Source of the DNA: Minisyncoccota bacterium
GTDB lineage: Bacteria > Patescibacteriota > Minisyncoccia > Phycocordibacterales > UBA9973
DNA length: 64,000 bases
Direction of reading: 5' to 3'
Assembly (NCBI GenBank): GCA_041662205.1
Contig: JBAZSZ010000003.1
Coordinates: forward strand, 9,772-73,771
Both the position numbers and the translations under genes were made by a program. Below are positions 36,769-46,164 of this stretch, piece after piece. Under the pieces are notes generated by a model that ran no database searches, was not told the origin of the DNA, and saw only the letters and a list, made by a program, of their open reading frames with translations. Within the stretch, counting starts at the first letter, position 1; every line of letters begins with the position of its first letter.

Positions 36769-37284
36769 ATGAATCCATCCTTAGAAAAAATCTTTGAAAA
36801 AGCTTATGCCGACAATATTGATGGCCTGTTTCGTTTTGTTTTATACAAAGTATCTGACAAGGAGCAAGCAATAGATATTGTAGAAGATGTATATCTTAGG
36901 TTTTGGCAGACATTACAGAAAGAAAAAGTTGAAGAAATAAGAGCTTATCTTTATAAAATAGCCAGAAATCTCGTGATAGACTGGTATAAGAAAAAAAAGA
37001 GTATACCATTACAAAGTTTCAAAGGGGAAGAGTCTGAAAATTCTGAACTTTATTTAGATATGTTTACAGGGAATTTAGTTGGAATAGATGTAATGCTCGA
37101 AGTAAAAATTGTCATAGAGAAGATTGCAAGTTTAGAGCCAATATACAGAGAAGCAGTTTATCTACGGTTCGTGGAGGAGATGACCCCGAAAGAAATTGCA
37201 GCAGTTCTAGGAGAGTCAACAAATGTAATTTCTGTGCGAATTAATCGTGGGCTTAATTTATTAAAATTAAAGCTTCATATATAA
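36769..37284 (+). CDS. ECF (sigma-70 family) RNA polymerase sigma factor
   Basis: Region 2 (DIVEDVYLRFWQ ... IARNLVIDWYKKKK) and region 4 HTH (EAVYLRFVEEMTPKEIAAVLGESTNVISVRINRGL). Confidence 0.75.
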   Translation: MNPSLEKIFEKAYADNIDGLFRFVLYKVSDKEQAIDIVEDVYLRFWQTLQKEKVEEIRAYLYKIARNLVIDWYKKKKSIPLQSFKGEESENSELYLDMFTGNLVGIDVMLEVKIVIEKIASLEPIYREAVYLRFVEEMTPKEIAAVLGESTNVISVRINRGLNLLKLKLHI

Positions 37285-37285
37285 A

Positions 37286-37930
37286 ATGAAAATGGACGAA
37301 TTTAAAAAATTAAAAAAGATAAAGTTATCTGATTACGAAAAAAGGAATCTTTTTAACCGTATTTCAAATTCAATAAAGGAAGATGGCGAGAATGTAGAAT
37401 TGCATTATCCTATACCGAGTCCCTTTTTTAGATTTTCATCCTTACTAGAGAACAAGAGATCATTTGTTTTAGTATTTTCTGTTTTCTTTTTATTTTTAAT
37501 TAGTACCACTGTTTTTGCTTCTTTCAATACTTTACCTGGAGATTTGCTTTATGGTGTGAAAATAAATGTGACAGAAAAAATTTCAGATCTTACTTATTTG
37601 ACCCCAGAGAGTAGGGCAGAACATAATCTTAGGAAAATTGAAAGAAGAATAAATGAATTTGAAAAATTGGCGGAGAAAGGTAGGCTTACAGAAGAAAATA
37701 CTAAAAAAATAGAAAAAGATGTTGATAAAAATTTTGGAGATTTTGATCATAATCTCGGACAAATAAAAAAAGATACAAAAGAAAATAAAAATCGTTTGGG
37801 TAAAATGTTAAGATCAGATCTTCAAAAGCACACTGAAAAAATAAAGAAAATAAGAGAAGATAAAAAAGTTTCTAATAAACGTGCGTTACAATCAGTGATT
37901 GAAAGAGTGCACTCTTCCGATAGTGAGTAA
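37286..37930 (+). CDS. Putative anti-sigma factor (single TM, coiled-coil C-terminus)
   Basis: Start overlaps the sigma-factor stop. One TM helix and a charged coiled-coil tail. Assigned by position only. Confidence 0.4.
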   Translation: MKMDEFKKLKKIKLSDYEKRNLFNRISNSIKEDGENVELHYPIPSPFFRFSSLLENKRSFVLVFSVFFLFLISTTVFASFNTLPGDLLYGVKINVTEKISDLTYLTPESRAEHNLRKIERRINEFEKLAEKGRLTEENTKKIEKDVDKNFGDFDHNLGQIKKDTKENKNRLGKMLRSDLQKHTEKIKKIREDKKVSNKRALQSVIERVHSSDSE

Positions 37931-37991
37931 AAATATAAAAGAATACTTAGATTAAAGGTTTTTAGGCCTCTAGGACAGTACACATGAAGTG

Positions 37992-38062
37992 CTACGGGAC
38001 TTGGACTCGAACCAAGATCACATCCTCCAGAGGGATGGGTCCTACCATTAGACGATCCCGTA
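37992..38062 (-). tRNA. tRNA-Gln (CTG)
   Basis: Minus-strand reading tacgggatcgtctaatggtaggacccatccctCTGgaggatgtgatcttggttcgagtccaagtcccgtag. U1-A72 start as in bacterial tRNA-Gln. Anticodon stem catcc/ggatg. Confidence 0.75.
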
Positions 38063-38122
38063 ATGGTTATTCTTACAATAGAACAAAATTACGTTTTTAT
38101 CAAACTGTTGTATAATGTATTG

Positions 38123-38812
38123 ATGAATATCAATTCAAAAACAACAACGAAGGTAGAGGAAGCGGCGGATTTTATTGCTACTTCTATTTTAAATCAATTA
38201 AAATCAGGCAGGCAGGTTTTGTTTTTTGTTACAGGAGGTTCTTCTATCGCTGTCGGGGCAAAAGTCTCAGAATTTTTGAGAAATAACTTAGAGCAGGATT
38301 TAACTAAAAATCTGACTATTATGATGACTGATGAGAGGTATGGACCGCTTGATCATCTAGATTCAAATTGGTATCAATTGATGCAGAAAGGTTTTAATCT
38401 TCCGGGAGCCTTACTTTTACCTATTTTAGATGGAAGTGATCGCGCTAGCACAACTCTTAAATTCAATACGAATCTTCAGCGAGAATTAATAGAAAATAAA
38501 GAAACAAGGTATAAAATAGGTTTGTTTGGTATAGGAGCAGATGGGCATACGTCTGGAATCTTGCCGAAAAGTGATGCAGTGAAATCCGAAGATTTTGCTT
38601 ATAGTTATGATACTCCCACCTTTTCTAGAATCACCATAACCCCAAAAGTAATAGAACAATTAGATGAAGTGGTGGTTTGGGTGCAGGGTGAAGAAAAATG
38701 GCAGGTAGTAAAAGATTTATTAACGGAGAATGTTGAAATAGAAAAACAACCAGCTCAAATATTAAAAAAAGTTCCTTTATTAACAATTTTTTCTGATTTT
38801 AAGATTAATTAA
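38123..38812 (+). CDS. pgl: 6-phosphogluconolactonase (NagB/Pgl family)
   Basis: VLFFVTGGSS and FGIGADGHTSGILP motifs. A TATAAT sits 6 nt upstream of the ATG (leaderless-like). The ORF-track start at 38063 would overlap the tRNA. Confidence 0.7.
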   Translation: MNINSKTTTKVEEAADFIATSILNQLKSGRQVLFFVTGGSSIAVGAKVSEFLRNNLEQDLTKNLTIMMTDERYGPLDHLDSNWYQLMQKGFNLPGALLLPILDGSDRASTTLKFNTNLQRELIENKETRYKIGLFGIGADGHTSGILPKSDAVKSEDFAYSYDTPTFSRITITPKVIEQLDEVVVWVQGEEKWQVVKDLLTENVEIEKQPAQILKKVPLLTIFSDFKIN

Positions 38813-40098
38813 TGGATAAAAATACACCGACAATTTTAGTTATTTTTGGAATCTCTGGAGACCTAGCCAAGAGATATTTATTGCCATCTATTAAAGCTAT
38901 CGCTAAAGCTAAAATGCTTCCGGATAAATTCAAAATAGTGGGTATTACCCGTCAAAAAAATTCTGAATTCTATCAAATGGATGTTACCAAGAAAGAAGAT
39001 TATAAAAAATTAGGAGAATATTTAACAGAAATAGAAAAAGATTTTAATCTGCCTGCAGGTCTCTCAGCACAACGTTTATTTTATTTATCTGTCCCTCCTA
39101 TCGTGTCCAAATCAATCATTGAGCTATTAGGGGAATCAGGCTTAGCTAAAATAGGGGAAACAAAATTGTTATTGGAAAAGCCTTTTGGAATTGATTTAGA
39201 AAATGCGATATATTTGGCGCACCATATCAAGCAATATTTTTCAGCAAGGCAAGTCTATAGAGTAGATCATTATCTGGCAAAAGAAACAGCACAAAATATT
39301 ATTGTTTTTCGCGAGGGAAATTCACTTTTCAAAAAAACTTGGAATAAAGATTTTATTGAAAGTATAGAAATTGTCGTGAGTGAAGAAATAGGAATAGAAG
39401 GACGTGCGAATTTTTATGAGCAAACAGGCGCCTTGCGAGATGTGGTCCAAAGTCATCTTTTGCAATTAGCTGCATTAACTTTGATGGCTTTACCAAAAAA
39501 TTTAGAAGAAGTACCACAAGAGAGATTGAATGCACTAAGACAGTTAAATATAGTTTGTGATATTGAAAATAGCGAATGTGTAAAACGAGGTCAATATGAA
39601 GGTTATCGTAAAGAAGTGGGGAATTCAAAAAGTAGTACAGAAACATTTGTCTCGGTAAATTTACAATCGAGTGACCCAATTTGGGCTGGGGTTGTTATAA
39701 AACTCACAACTGGCAAAGCTTTAAAAGAAAAACTCACAGTGATAAAAATTCGTTATAAAAAAGATAAAGAATTAGAATCAAATGAATTATTGTTGCGGAT
39801 TGCTCCGGATGCAGGAATAGAATTTAACATGTGGGCCAAGAAACCTGGGCTCGAACATCAAGTCAGCCGTCACGCACTTCATTTTTTATTTAAGGAACAT
39901 TATGGAGAATTGCCCGATGCTTATGAACAAGTTTTGTTCAATGCTATAAATGGAGATCACAATTTATTTACTTCAGGAGAGGAGGTGATCGAAACATGGA
40001 GGATTTTAGATGCGATACAGAAAACGTGGGAAAAATCTGGGGATGATTTAATAATTTATCCTAAGGGAAATACAATCGAAGAAGTTCTAGATATGTAG
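38812..40098 (+). CDS. zwf: Glucose-6-phosphate 1-dehydrogenase
   Basis: NADP motif FGISGDLAKR, active-site EKPFGID and RVDHYLAKE. Confidence 0.85.
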   Translation: MDKNTPTILVIFGISGDLAKRYLLPSIKAIAKAKMLPDKFKIVGITRQKNSEFYQMDVTKKEDYKKLGEYLTEIEKDFNLPAGLSAQRLFYLSVPPIVSKSIIELLGESGLAKIGETKLLLEKPFGIDLENAIYLAHHIKQYFSARQVYRVDHYLAKETAQNIIVFREGNSLFKKTWNKDFIESIEIVVSEEIGIEGRANFYEQTGALRDVVQSHLLQLAALTLMALPKNLEEVPQERLNALRQLNIVCDIENSECVKRGQYEGYRKEVGNSKSSTETFVSVNLQSSDPIWAGVVIKLTTGKALKEKLTVIKIRYKKDKELESNELLLRIAPDAGIEFNMWAKKPGLEHQVSRHALHFLFKEHYGELPDAYEQVLFNAINGDHNLFTSGEEVIETWRILDAIQKTWEKSGDDLIIYPKGNTIEEVLDM

Positions 40099-40153
40099 TT
40101 TACTTCTAATTAAAATTGCAATATCTAAGTTTTTCCACTATACTTAAGTCTCA

Positions 40154-41305
40154 ATGAGTAAAAAACCTTGGATTTTTTTAATAATTACGATATTTTTATT
40201 TGTCGTATTTTTTATATTTTTAGAGTTTTTTAGTAGTACTTTATCCTATAGTCAAGATGAAAAAGTAATAACTCAAAATACTAATAAAATTGAAAATAAA
40301 AAGATTACAGCGACTATTTCACCTCTTGATAAAGTGGCTTATGATAAAAAATTAAATGAGATAGCTAATAACCCCCCTGATCCAATAATTTACAATACAG
40401 TGAAAACTATTGAAAAAGACAAGAACGGTAAGTCCATAACTAAGCTTACTAAAGTTCCTGTTTCACCTCAGCCCACTCCTACGCATCTTTGGCCTGTGAA
40501 GACTGTTTATCCGAATGCTGGCGCTATTTTGCCATTTCATCGTATTATCGCTTATTATGGAAATTTGTATTCCACAAAAATGGGAGTATTAGGGCAATAC
40601 CCTGAGGCTATAATGTTGGCAAAATTAAAAACTGAAGTAGAAAAATGGAATGCTGCTGATCCTTCGACTCCAGTGATTCCTGCGCTTCATTATATCGTGG
40701 TGGTTGCTCAAGGGAGTGCTGGAGCTGATGGTAAATATAGAGCTCGCATGCCGAACTCGGAGATAAATAAAGTGCTCGCAATTGCAGCAAAAATTAATGC
40801 TCTTGTTTTTTTGGATGTGCAGGTTGGTTTTTCTAATATTCAGACAGAAGTCCCACTTTTGGAAAAATATTTAAAAATGCCACAAGTTCATTTGGGGATT
40901 GATCCAGAATTTTCTATGAAGTCAGGCATTCGGCCTGGGAAGGTAGTTGGCACCGTAGATGCCACTGATATAAATTTTGCTTCAAATTATTTAGCCAAGC
41001 TCGTGCGGGAAAATAATCTCACTCCAAAAATTCTTATTGTGCATCGCTATACGCAAAAGATGGTGACTAATTATAAACAGATTAAAACTTTACCAGAAGT
41101 ACAAATCATAATGCATATGGATGGTTGGGGAGTGCAGGCGAAGAAAATAAATACCTATCAGCAATTTGTTTACAAAGAACCTGTACAATTCACTGGTTTT
41201 AAATTATTTTATAAAAATGATCTTTTAACAAAAGGTACGACGCTCATAACCCCAGCCACTTTACTTAAATTAAATCCAAAACCGAGCTATATTCAGTATC
41301 AGTAA
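40154..41305 (+). CDS. Hypothetical secreted protein, possibly a glycoside-hydrolase-like TIM barrel
   Basis: N-terminal TM/signal. No decisive motifs. Confidence 0.45.
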   Translation: MSKKPWIFLIITIFLFVVFFIFLEFFSSTLSYSQDEKVITQNTNKIENKKITATISPLDKVAYDKKLNEIANNPPDPIIYNTVKTIEKDKNGKSITKLTKVPVSPQPTPTHLWPVKTVYPNAGAILPFHRIIAYYGNLYSTKMGVLGQYPEAIMLAKLKTEVEKWNAADPSTPVIPALHYIVVVAQGSAGADGKYRARMPNSEINKVLAIAAKINALVFLDVQVGFSNIQTEVPLLEKYLKMPQVHLGIDPEFSMKSGIRPGKVVGTVDATDINFASNYLAKLVRENNLTPKILIVHRYTQKMVTNYKQIKTLPEVQIIMHMDGWGVQAKKINTYQQFVYKEPVQFTGFKLFYKNDLLTKGTTLITPATLLKLNPKPSYIQYQ

Positions 41306-41357
41306 TTGAGAAACAAAAGGAGCAGGCAAATGCCGACTCCTTTATAGGATACCTGGT

Positions 41358-41489
41358 TCATTCCCATTGTGTAACGGGAGAAAAATATCCACATTGATCT
41401 TTTGAAGTAAATGTGCAAGTTGCACATTTATCTTTTTTTTCTACAGCCATGCTTGGATGTAGTTTAAAAAGACAGACTACGTGTTCCAT
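41358..41489 (-). CDS. Candidate 43-aa Cys-containing peptide (MEHVVCLFKLHPSMAVEKKDKCATCTFTSKDQCGYFSPVTQWE), not in the ORF track
   Basis: Found by own translation. Strong SD (aggaaggaaaATG). Lies in a GC-rich patch. Speculative. Confidence 0.2.
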   Translation of the reverse strand: MEHVVCLFKLHPSMAVEKKDKCATCTFTSKDQCGYFSPVTQWE

Positions 41490-41683
41490 TTTCCTTCCCT
41501 CCTTTCTGGGAAATATAACGAGCAACAAAGTGTTTCCTAATTATAACATTAATTTAAGATTAAATGTCAAGCTTTTTGTCAAAGAATGAAGATTGACAGG
41601 GGTATCCTTTAAATGTATAAAGGAAATAGAAAGATGTTTTTTAAATTCTTTAAAAGGGTACATATACCCAGAAAGGAGGAAAA

Positions 41684-41935
41684 ATGAAAGATGACCGTCC
41701 TGAAGTTTTGAAAGAGCATTACCCTGATTTTTTGGTGCGTTGGGCTTCTGACGCGTTAGAAAAAGGCGGGTTCGCTTCGGGAGACCTGCTGTTGCTCGGA
41801 CAGCCCGAGCAGCGTCAAAAGATTGCTGAATTTCGGCTCGTTTTGCATGATCGGGCCGAGATAGTTTTAAAACCCTCCATCCCCAAGATGGAGGAAGAAA
41901 AGCCCGAAAGTTATTTCGGGCAAGGTATAAGTTAA
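41684..41935 (+). CDS. Small acidic hypothetical protein in a GC-rich (~50%) patch
   Basis: Strong RBS gaaaggagga. 83 aa. Followed by a hairpin terminator near 41940..41990. Confidence 0.45.
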   Translation: MKDDRPEVLKEHYPDFLVRWASDALEKGGFASGDLLLLGQPEQRQKIAEFRLVLHDRAEIVLKPSIPKMEEEKPESYFGQGIS

Positions 41936-42219
41936 ATCAAGCCGTTCTCTCTAGCGCTGAAAAAGCCGTCTGGAGGAACGGTTTTTCATTTGCTTTTATT
42001 TTTCTTTTTTTATATTTTTTTGCTATAATATATTTATGAATATAAATAAAGATTCAGTGCCACAAACAAAATCATATATGGATTATTCTGAAGAAGAAAG
42101 AAAATTATTGGTAGAAGGTATTCTTATAAATCGAAAAGAAGGTAAACCACCTACAGAAGATCAAAGGAAATTTCAAGAGGCGGAAGATATCTTTTTTGAA
42201 AAAGATAGTCAAGATCGAC

Positions 42220-42621
42220 ATGGACACTAAAAAAGAAAAAAAAGCGTGGAAGGATGTGGAACATGGACAAAGATTTTTAAATGCTTTTCGAGGGATAGGT
42301 GTTTTTTGGATTATGACGAATAGTTTATTTAGATATGTGTCATCCTTGGCGATTATATTAGTAATAATTTTAGGATTTTATCTTCATGTTTCTATTTCTG
42401 AATGGATTTCTTTAGTCTTTGCTATTGGTTTTGTTGTAGTTTCGGAAGCTTTTAATACAGCTATTGAGATAGATATAGATCTAACTTCTCCAGAATATCA
42501 TCCTTTTGCGAGAGATACGAAAGACGTAGCAGCTGCGGCTGTTGTTTTATCTGCACTTGTTTCTGTAATTGTAGGATTTATTATTTTCTTGCCTAAAATT
42601 TTTTTAATTGATAAAATATAA
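42220..42621 (+). CDS. dgkA: Diacylglycerol/undecaprenol kinase DgkA family
   Basis: DgkA motifs RFLNAFRG...VSEAFNTAIE and 3 TM segments. The ATG at 42220 is preferred over the TTG at 42196. Confidence 0.7.
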   Translation: MDTKKEKKAWKDVEHGQRFLNAFRGIGVFWIMTNSLFRYVSSLAIILVIILGFYLHVSISEWISLVFAIGFVVVSEAFNTAIEIDIDLTSPEYHPFARDTKDVAAAAVVLSALVSVIVGFIIFLPKIFLIDKI

Positions 42622-42623
42622 CC

Positions 42624-43013
42624 ATGAACAATAATGTAAAAATTTTCATTTTAATAATTTGTCTTTTGGTTTTAGGGGTGATTGCTACCGTCTTATTTCA
42701 ACCAAATGTTATTCCTTTAGGTCCTGGAAAATATGATGGATTTGCCACTTGCTTAAAAGATAAAGGAGCAGTTTTTTATGGAGCCTTTTGGTGTGCCCAT
42801 TGTCAAGAACAAAAGAAGCTTTTTGGTGTATCTCAGAAATTATTACCTTATGTTGAATGTTCTACTGCTAATGGTCAAGGCCAGACACAGATCTGCATAG
42901 ACAAGAAAATAACAAGTTATCCAACTTGGACGTTTGCTGATGGGACTATTCTAAATGGAGAGATTCCGTTACAACAGTTAGCCGATAAAACTTCTTGCGT
43001 ATTGCCTCAATAA
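42624..43013 (+). CDS. Secreted thioredoxin-fold thiol-disulfide oxidoreductase (CxxC: WCAHC)
   Basis: TM/signal region, then FYGAFWCAHCQEQKKLFG. Confidence 0.65.
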   Translation: MNNNVKIFILIICLLVLGVIATVLFQPNVIPLGPGKYDGFATCLKDKGAVFYGAFWCAHCQEQKKLFGVSQKLLPYVECSTANGQGQTQICIDKKITSYPTWTFADGTILNGEIPLQQLADKTSCVLPQ

Positions 43014-43129
43014 TAGACAATGTTTATATTATTAGTTAATCATTAAATTTTATGGGAAAAGGAAATAACGCATATCGAAAAGATGTGAAAAAGCCTAAAA
43101 AGGCAAAAAAGAAATAATCTACATAGAAG

Positions 43130-43741
43130 ATGTCTCCGTTTACTAAAAGGGAAATTACGCTGATGCGGAAATTAAATACCCCTGCCAGGGTTCAGGATTT
43201 TTTAGATGGGCTAAGGTTTAATTTTGAGAAGGGAGGAGAAACATTAAAATCTCCTATTTTTACTTTAAGGACACGAAATGCACATTGTTTTGAGGGAGCT
43301 TTACTCGGCGCTTATATTTTGTCTTTACATGGTTTCAAACCTTATTTGATGCATTTCAAGGTAATGAAAGGAGATTATGATCATGTTATTACCTTATTCA
43401 AAGTAGGTGGGTTTTGGGGCGCATTATCAAAAACCAATCATGCGGTTTTGCGTTATCGTGAACCAATTTATAAGAATGTTAGGGAACTCGCTATGTCCTA
43501 TTTCCATGAATATTTTTTAAATAATAGAAAAAAAACATTAAGACAATATTCAGCCCTTCTCGATCTAAATACTTGTGAAAAAGATTGGGCAATTTCAGAG
43601 GATAATCTCTGGTATATAGATAAAAAATTAGACAGAATAAAACATTACGATATTGTTCCAAAAGCTTATCTCAAAAAACTTCGCAAGGCAGACAAAATTG
43701 AAATAGAGGCTACCAAAATTGTCGAGTTTAAAAAATACTAA
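43130..43741 (+). CDS. Transglutaminase-like cysteine peptidase superfamily protein
   Basis: Catalytic-Cys context RNAHCFEGALLGAYIL followed by a His motif DHVITLFKVGGFWGAL, as in the TGase-like papain fold. Confidence 0.45.
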   Translation: MSPFTKREITLMRKLNTPARVQDFLDGLRFNFEKGGETLKSPIFTLRTRNAHCFEGALLGAYILSLHGFKPYLMHFKVMKGDYDHVITLFKVGGFWGALSKTNHAVLRYREPIYKNVRELAMSYFHEYFLNNRKKTLRQYSALLDLNTCEKDWAISEDNLWYIDKKLDRIKHYDIVPKAYLKKLRKADKIEIEATKIVEFKKY

Positions 43742-45512
43742 AAATACTATCTAGTAATTTTATAAACCAGTTTTTCTTTGTATTTTCCTTTTGTTCTATT
43801 TGATTTGTTGTAGGGATAGAATCAATGGCATTTATCACTGTAGCAGTATTTTCAAGTTTGTTATTTTTTATAATTTTTTTAGGAGCTTTCACCGCAATTT
43901 GATTTACTGTTGTAATTTTTGGCTTTTCAAACTTTTGCATTATTTGATTCCAAGTTTTACCAGATAATACAGAAGCAACATAAGAAGTTTCCCAGATTTT
44001 ATTATTTATATTGTCGTTTTTCGTTCCGCCATCGATGTCTTGTATTGTTGCCAGATAATCAAGTGGTGTGTCTTCATTTTTTTTCCAGTCTTCTATTTTC
44101 TCACCTAATGCGAGGATTCCTTCTATCGCCCAAGCAGTAGATGAAGCATTACCCCAGCCACCGTCTTCTTTTTGTTTTTGTTTTAAGAATTCTCTAGCTT
44201 TTACCAAACTTCCCATTACCTTTTCCCCTTCACCTGGTGAAGGGGAAAAGGTGGAGAGAGCCTCTATCGCTGCGCCTGTCATATCTACGGAATTATCCCA
44301 TGAACCATCTGCATTTTGTGCTTTTAGAACAAAAAGAATATCATCCTCTATCATTTTATCAGTTATTGTATAGCCTGCGTTTTGTAAAACAATTAAAGCA
44401 AATATGTCATCATTGTCTTCGTGGATATCTCCAAATTGTGTGCCATCAAAACTCTCTATAATTTTTTTAATGTAATTTAAACCACTCGTGTCGTATGGGT
44501 TCTGTCCTAGGGACATTAGGGCCATTGCGTGTCTTTCGTGATCTGTCAGAGATAGATTTTCTATTTTTATTTCTTTAAAATATTTAATCAATTTTGATAT
44601 TTGTTCTGGATAATTTGCCGATGCTAGTGCCATTGTTGTCCAATCAGTATACAAATCTTCGCCAAAAGATCCGTTTTCTTTTTGTTGTGACGCAAGAAAG
44701 TTGAAAGCCTTTTGTAAATCAAAAGAAAGTTTTGGTTTTGGAGCGATAGGTGCGACAAATATTCTACTCCCACCACTAGAACGTGAAACCACTGGCTCTG
44801 GAATGACAGCAGGTTCAGGGTTAGGCGCTGGTGGTGTTGTCACAGTTAGAGTTTCAGTTGGAAAGTAATAATCTTCTTTAATTCCAATATTATATGAACC
44901 AACACCTAATGGTGTAAAAATTGCTTGTCCATTTTCATCAACCGGTTGCACTTGAATTTCGGTTGGCGACCAAGGATCACTGGGATTTGGTTGCGTTGCT
45001 CCTATATTTACACTTGTTAAAGCCAGCCAGCTATTATTTTGATAATCATAATCTTGTGCGTTTATTGTTAAAATATCATTTGTATTTATTGAATTAGAAC
45101 TTAAAATTATTTTATGGTGTGGTCCAAAATAAAGATATACGCTTTCTACGCCAGTAAGAATTTTTTTATCTATTGCATCATAAGGATAAGAATTATTTAC
45201 CGTGTATTGCCAATTATCGCAACTGCTATCAATGCATTTTAAATAAAATCCCATACTGGAATATTGTAAATCAGTAATTGAAAAATTATCGCTTAAAGTA
45301 TCCGCATCCATTAATACTGAAAGAACACTATTAGCATCAACATCTTGTCCTTGTATTTGAATTGTTCCAGGTGTTTGAAGTGGAACAGCTCCGGAATAAA
45401 TAATATTGGCTTCGTTTCGTATTGTTAAATTAACATTTGCGGCTAAAACAACATTTTTCCCGACAAAAAACAACGTCACTAATAAAACTATTTTAATAAT
45501 TTTATTTTTCAT
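43728..45512 (-). CDS. Secreted surface protein: N-terminal DUF4430-like domain plus C-terminal prenyltransferase/squalene-cyclase-type alpha-alpha toroid repeats
   Basis: Repeated DGSW/DGGW..W..A motifs (ENGSFGEDLYTDWTTMALAS, DGSWDNSVDMTGAAIEAL, DGGWGNASSTAWAIEGILAL). The N-terminal WQYTVNN...VYLYFG segment is DUF4430-like. Confidence 0.6.
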   Translation of the reverse strand: MKNKIIKIVLLVTLFFVGKNVVLAANVNLTIRNEANIIYSGAVPLQTPGTIQIQGQDVDANSVLSVLMDADTLSDNFSITDLQYSSMGFYLKCIDSSCDNWQYTVNNSYPYDAIDKKILTGVESVYLYFGPHHKIILSSNSINTNDILTINAQDYDYQNNSWLALTSVNIGATQPNPSDPWSPTEIQVQPVDENGQAIFTPLGVGSYNIGIKEDYYFPTETLTVTTPPAPNPEPAVIPEPVVSRSSGGSRIFVAPIAPKPKLSFDLQKAFNFLASQQKENGSFGEDLYTDWTTMALASANYPEQISKLIKYFKEIKIENLSLTDHERHAMALMSLGQNPYDTSGLNYIKKIIESFDGTQFGDIHEDNDDIFALIVLQNAGYTITDKMIEDDILFVLKAQNADGSWDNSVDMTGAAIEALSTFSPSPGEGEKVMGSLVKAREFLKQKQKEDGGWGNASSTAWAIEGILALGEKIEDWKKNEDTPLDYLATIQDIDGGTKNDNINNKIWETSYVASVLSGKTWNQIMQKFEKPKITTVNQIAVKAPKKIIKNNKLENTATVINAIDSIPTTNQIEQKENTKKNWFIKLLDSIFSIF

Positions 45513-45861
45513 ATTTCCAAGAGACTATATCTCCAAAGTTAATTTTATAATTTGAAACACCGACTTGTGCTTCAATACCGTTCACATAATAAATCCAATT
45601 TTCTGACCCATTTCCTTTAATTCCATTTATCGAGTCTATAAATTTCCCAATTCCTGCATAATTTTTTTCTGTAAAATTTATTTTTCCTTCTTCTCGCAGT
45701 TTACTCATAAAATCATAAACACTCATTTCGCCCGTGATCGTATCTTTTAATTCAATATTGTTTATGAGGCTAGGTGTAGAAGTATGAGGTATTATAAAAA
45801 AAACGCTTAAAATAGCTATAAAAATTAAAATTATTAAAATTATTTTTTTTCTTTTAGACAT
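45502..45861 (-). CDS. DUF4430-domain protein (transcobalamin-like beta domain family)
   Basis: Signal/TM, then ENWIYYVNGIEAQVGVSNYKINFGDIVSWKY, matching the DUF4430 W.Y.VNG...G.....l..GD.i.W.Y signature. Overlaps the downstream gene by 11 nt. Confidence 0.6.
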   Translation of the reverse strand: MSKRKKIILIILIFIAILSVFFIIPHTSTPSLINNIELKDTITGEMSVYDFMSKLREEGKINFTEKNYAGIGKFIDSINGIKGNGSENWIYYVNGIEAQVGVSNYKINFGDIVSWKYEK

Positions 45862-46164
45862 AAAAAAATTCTGCTATTTTGAGCAGAATCTGAGAAACTT
45901 TCATTATAGGTAGAAATAAGGAAAGCTTATCCTGCTCGGGACACACATAAAATGATTGGTATTCGGGCTTGTTCCTTCCACCTTTTGGTGTTTAGGACTT
46001 ACCGTAGCGGCACTGCACTGGAATCTAACCAGTTTCCCCAATCACTTCTTTTAATTTTCAAGTTAACTCCTTTAGTATATACTTACATTATATTATGTCA
46101 AAGAAGAATGTGGATATTAAGAAAACAAGAAATCAAAAAAGGGCACAAACCCGCCAAAGGCGGG

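Noticed and set aside
45880-46090. SRP (4.5S) RNA
   Set aside because: A GGAAGGAA-like stretch on the minus strand is superficially similar to SRP domain IV. However, the flanking GUCAGGUCC/AGCAGCC context and the closing helix are absent.
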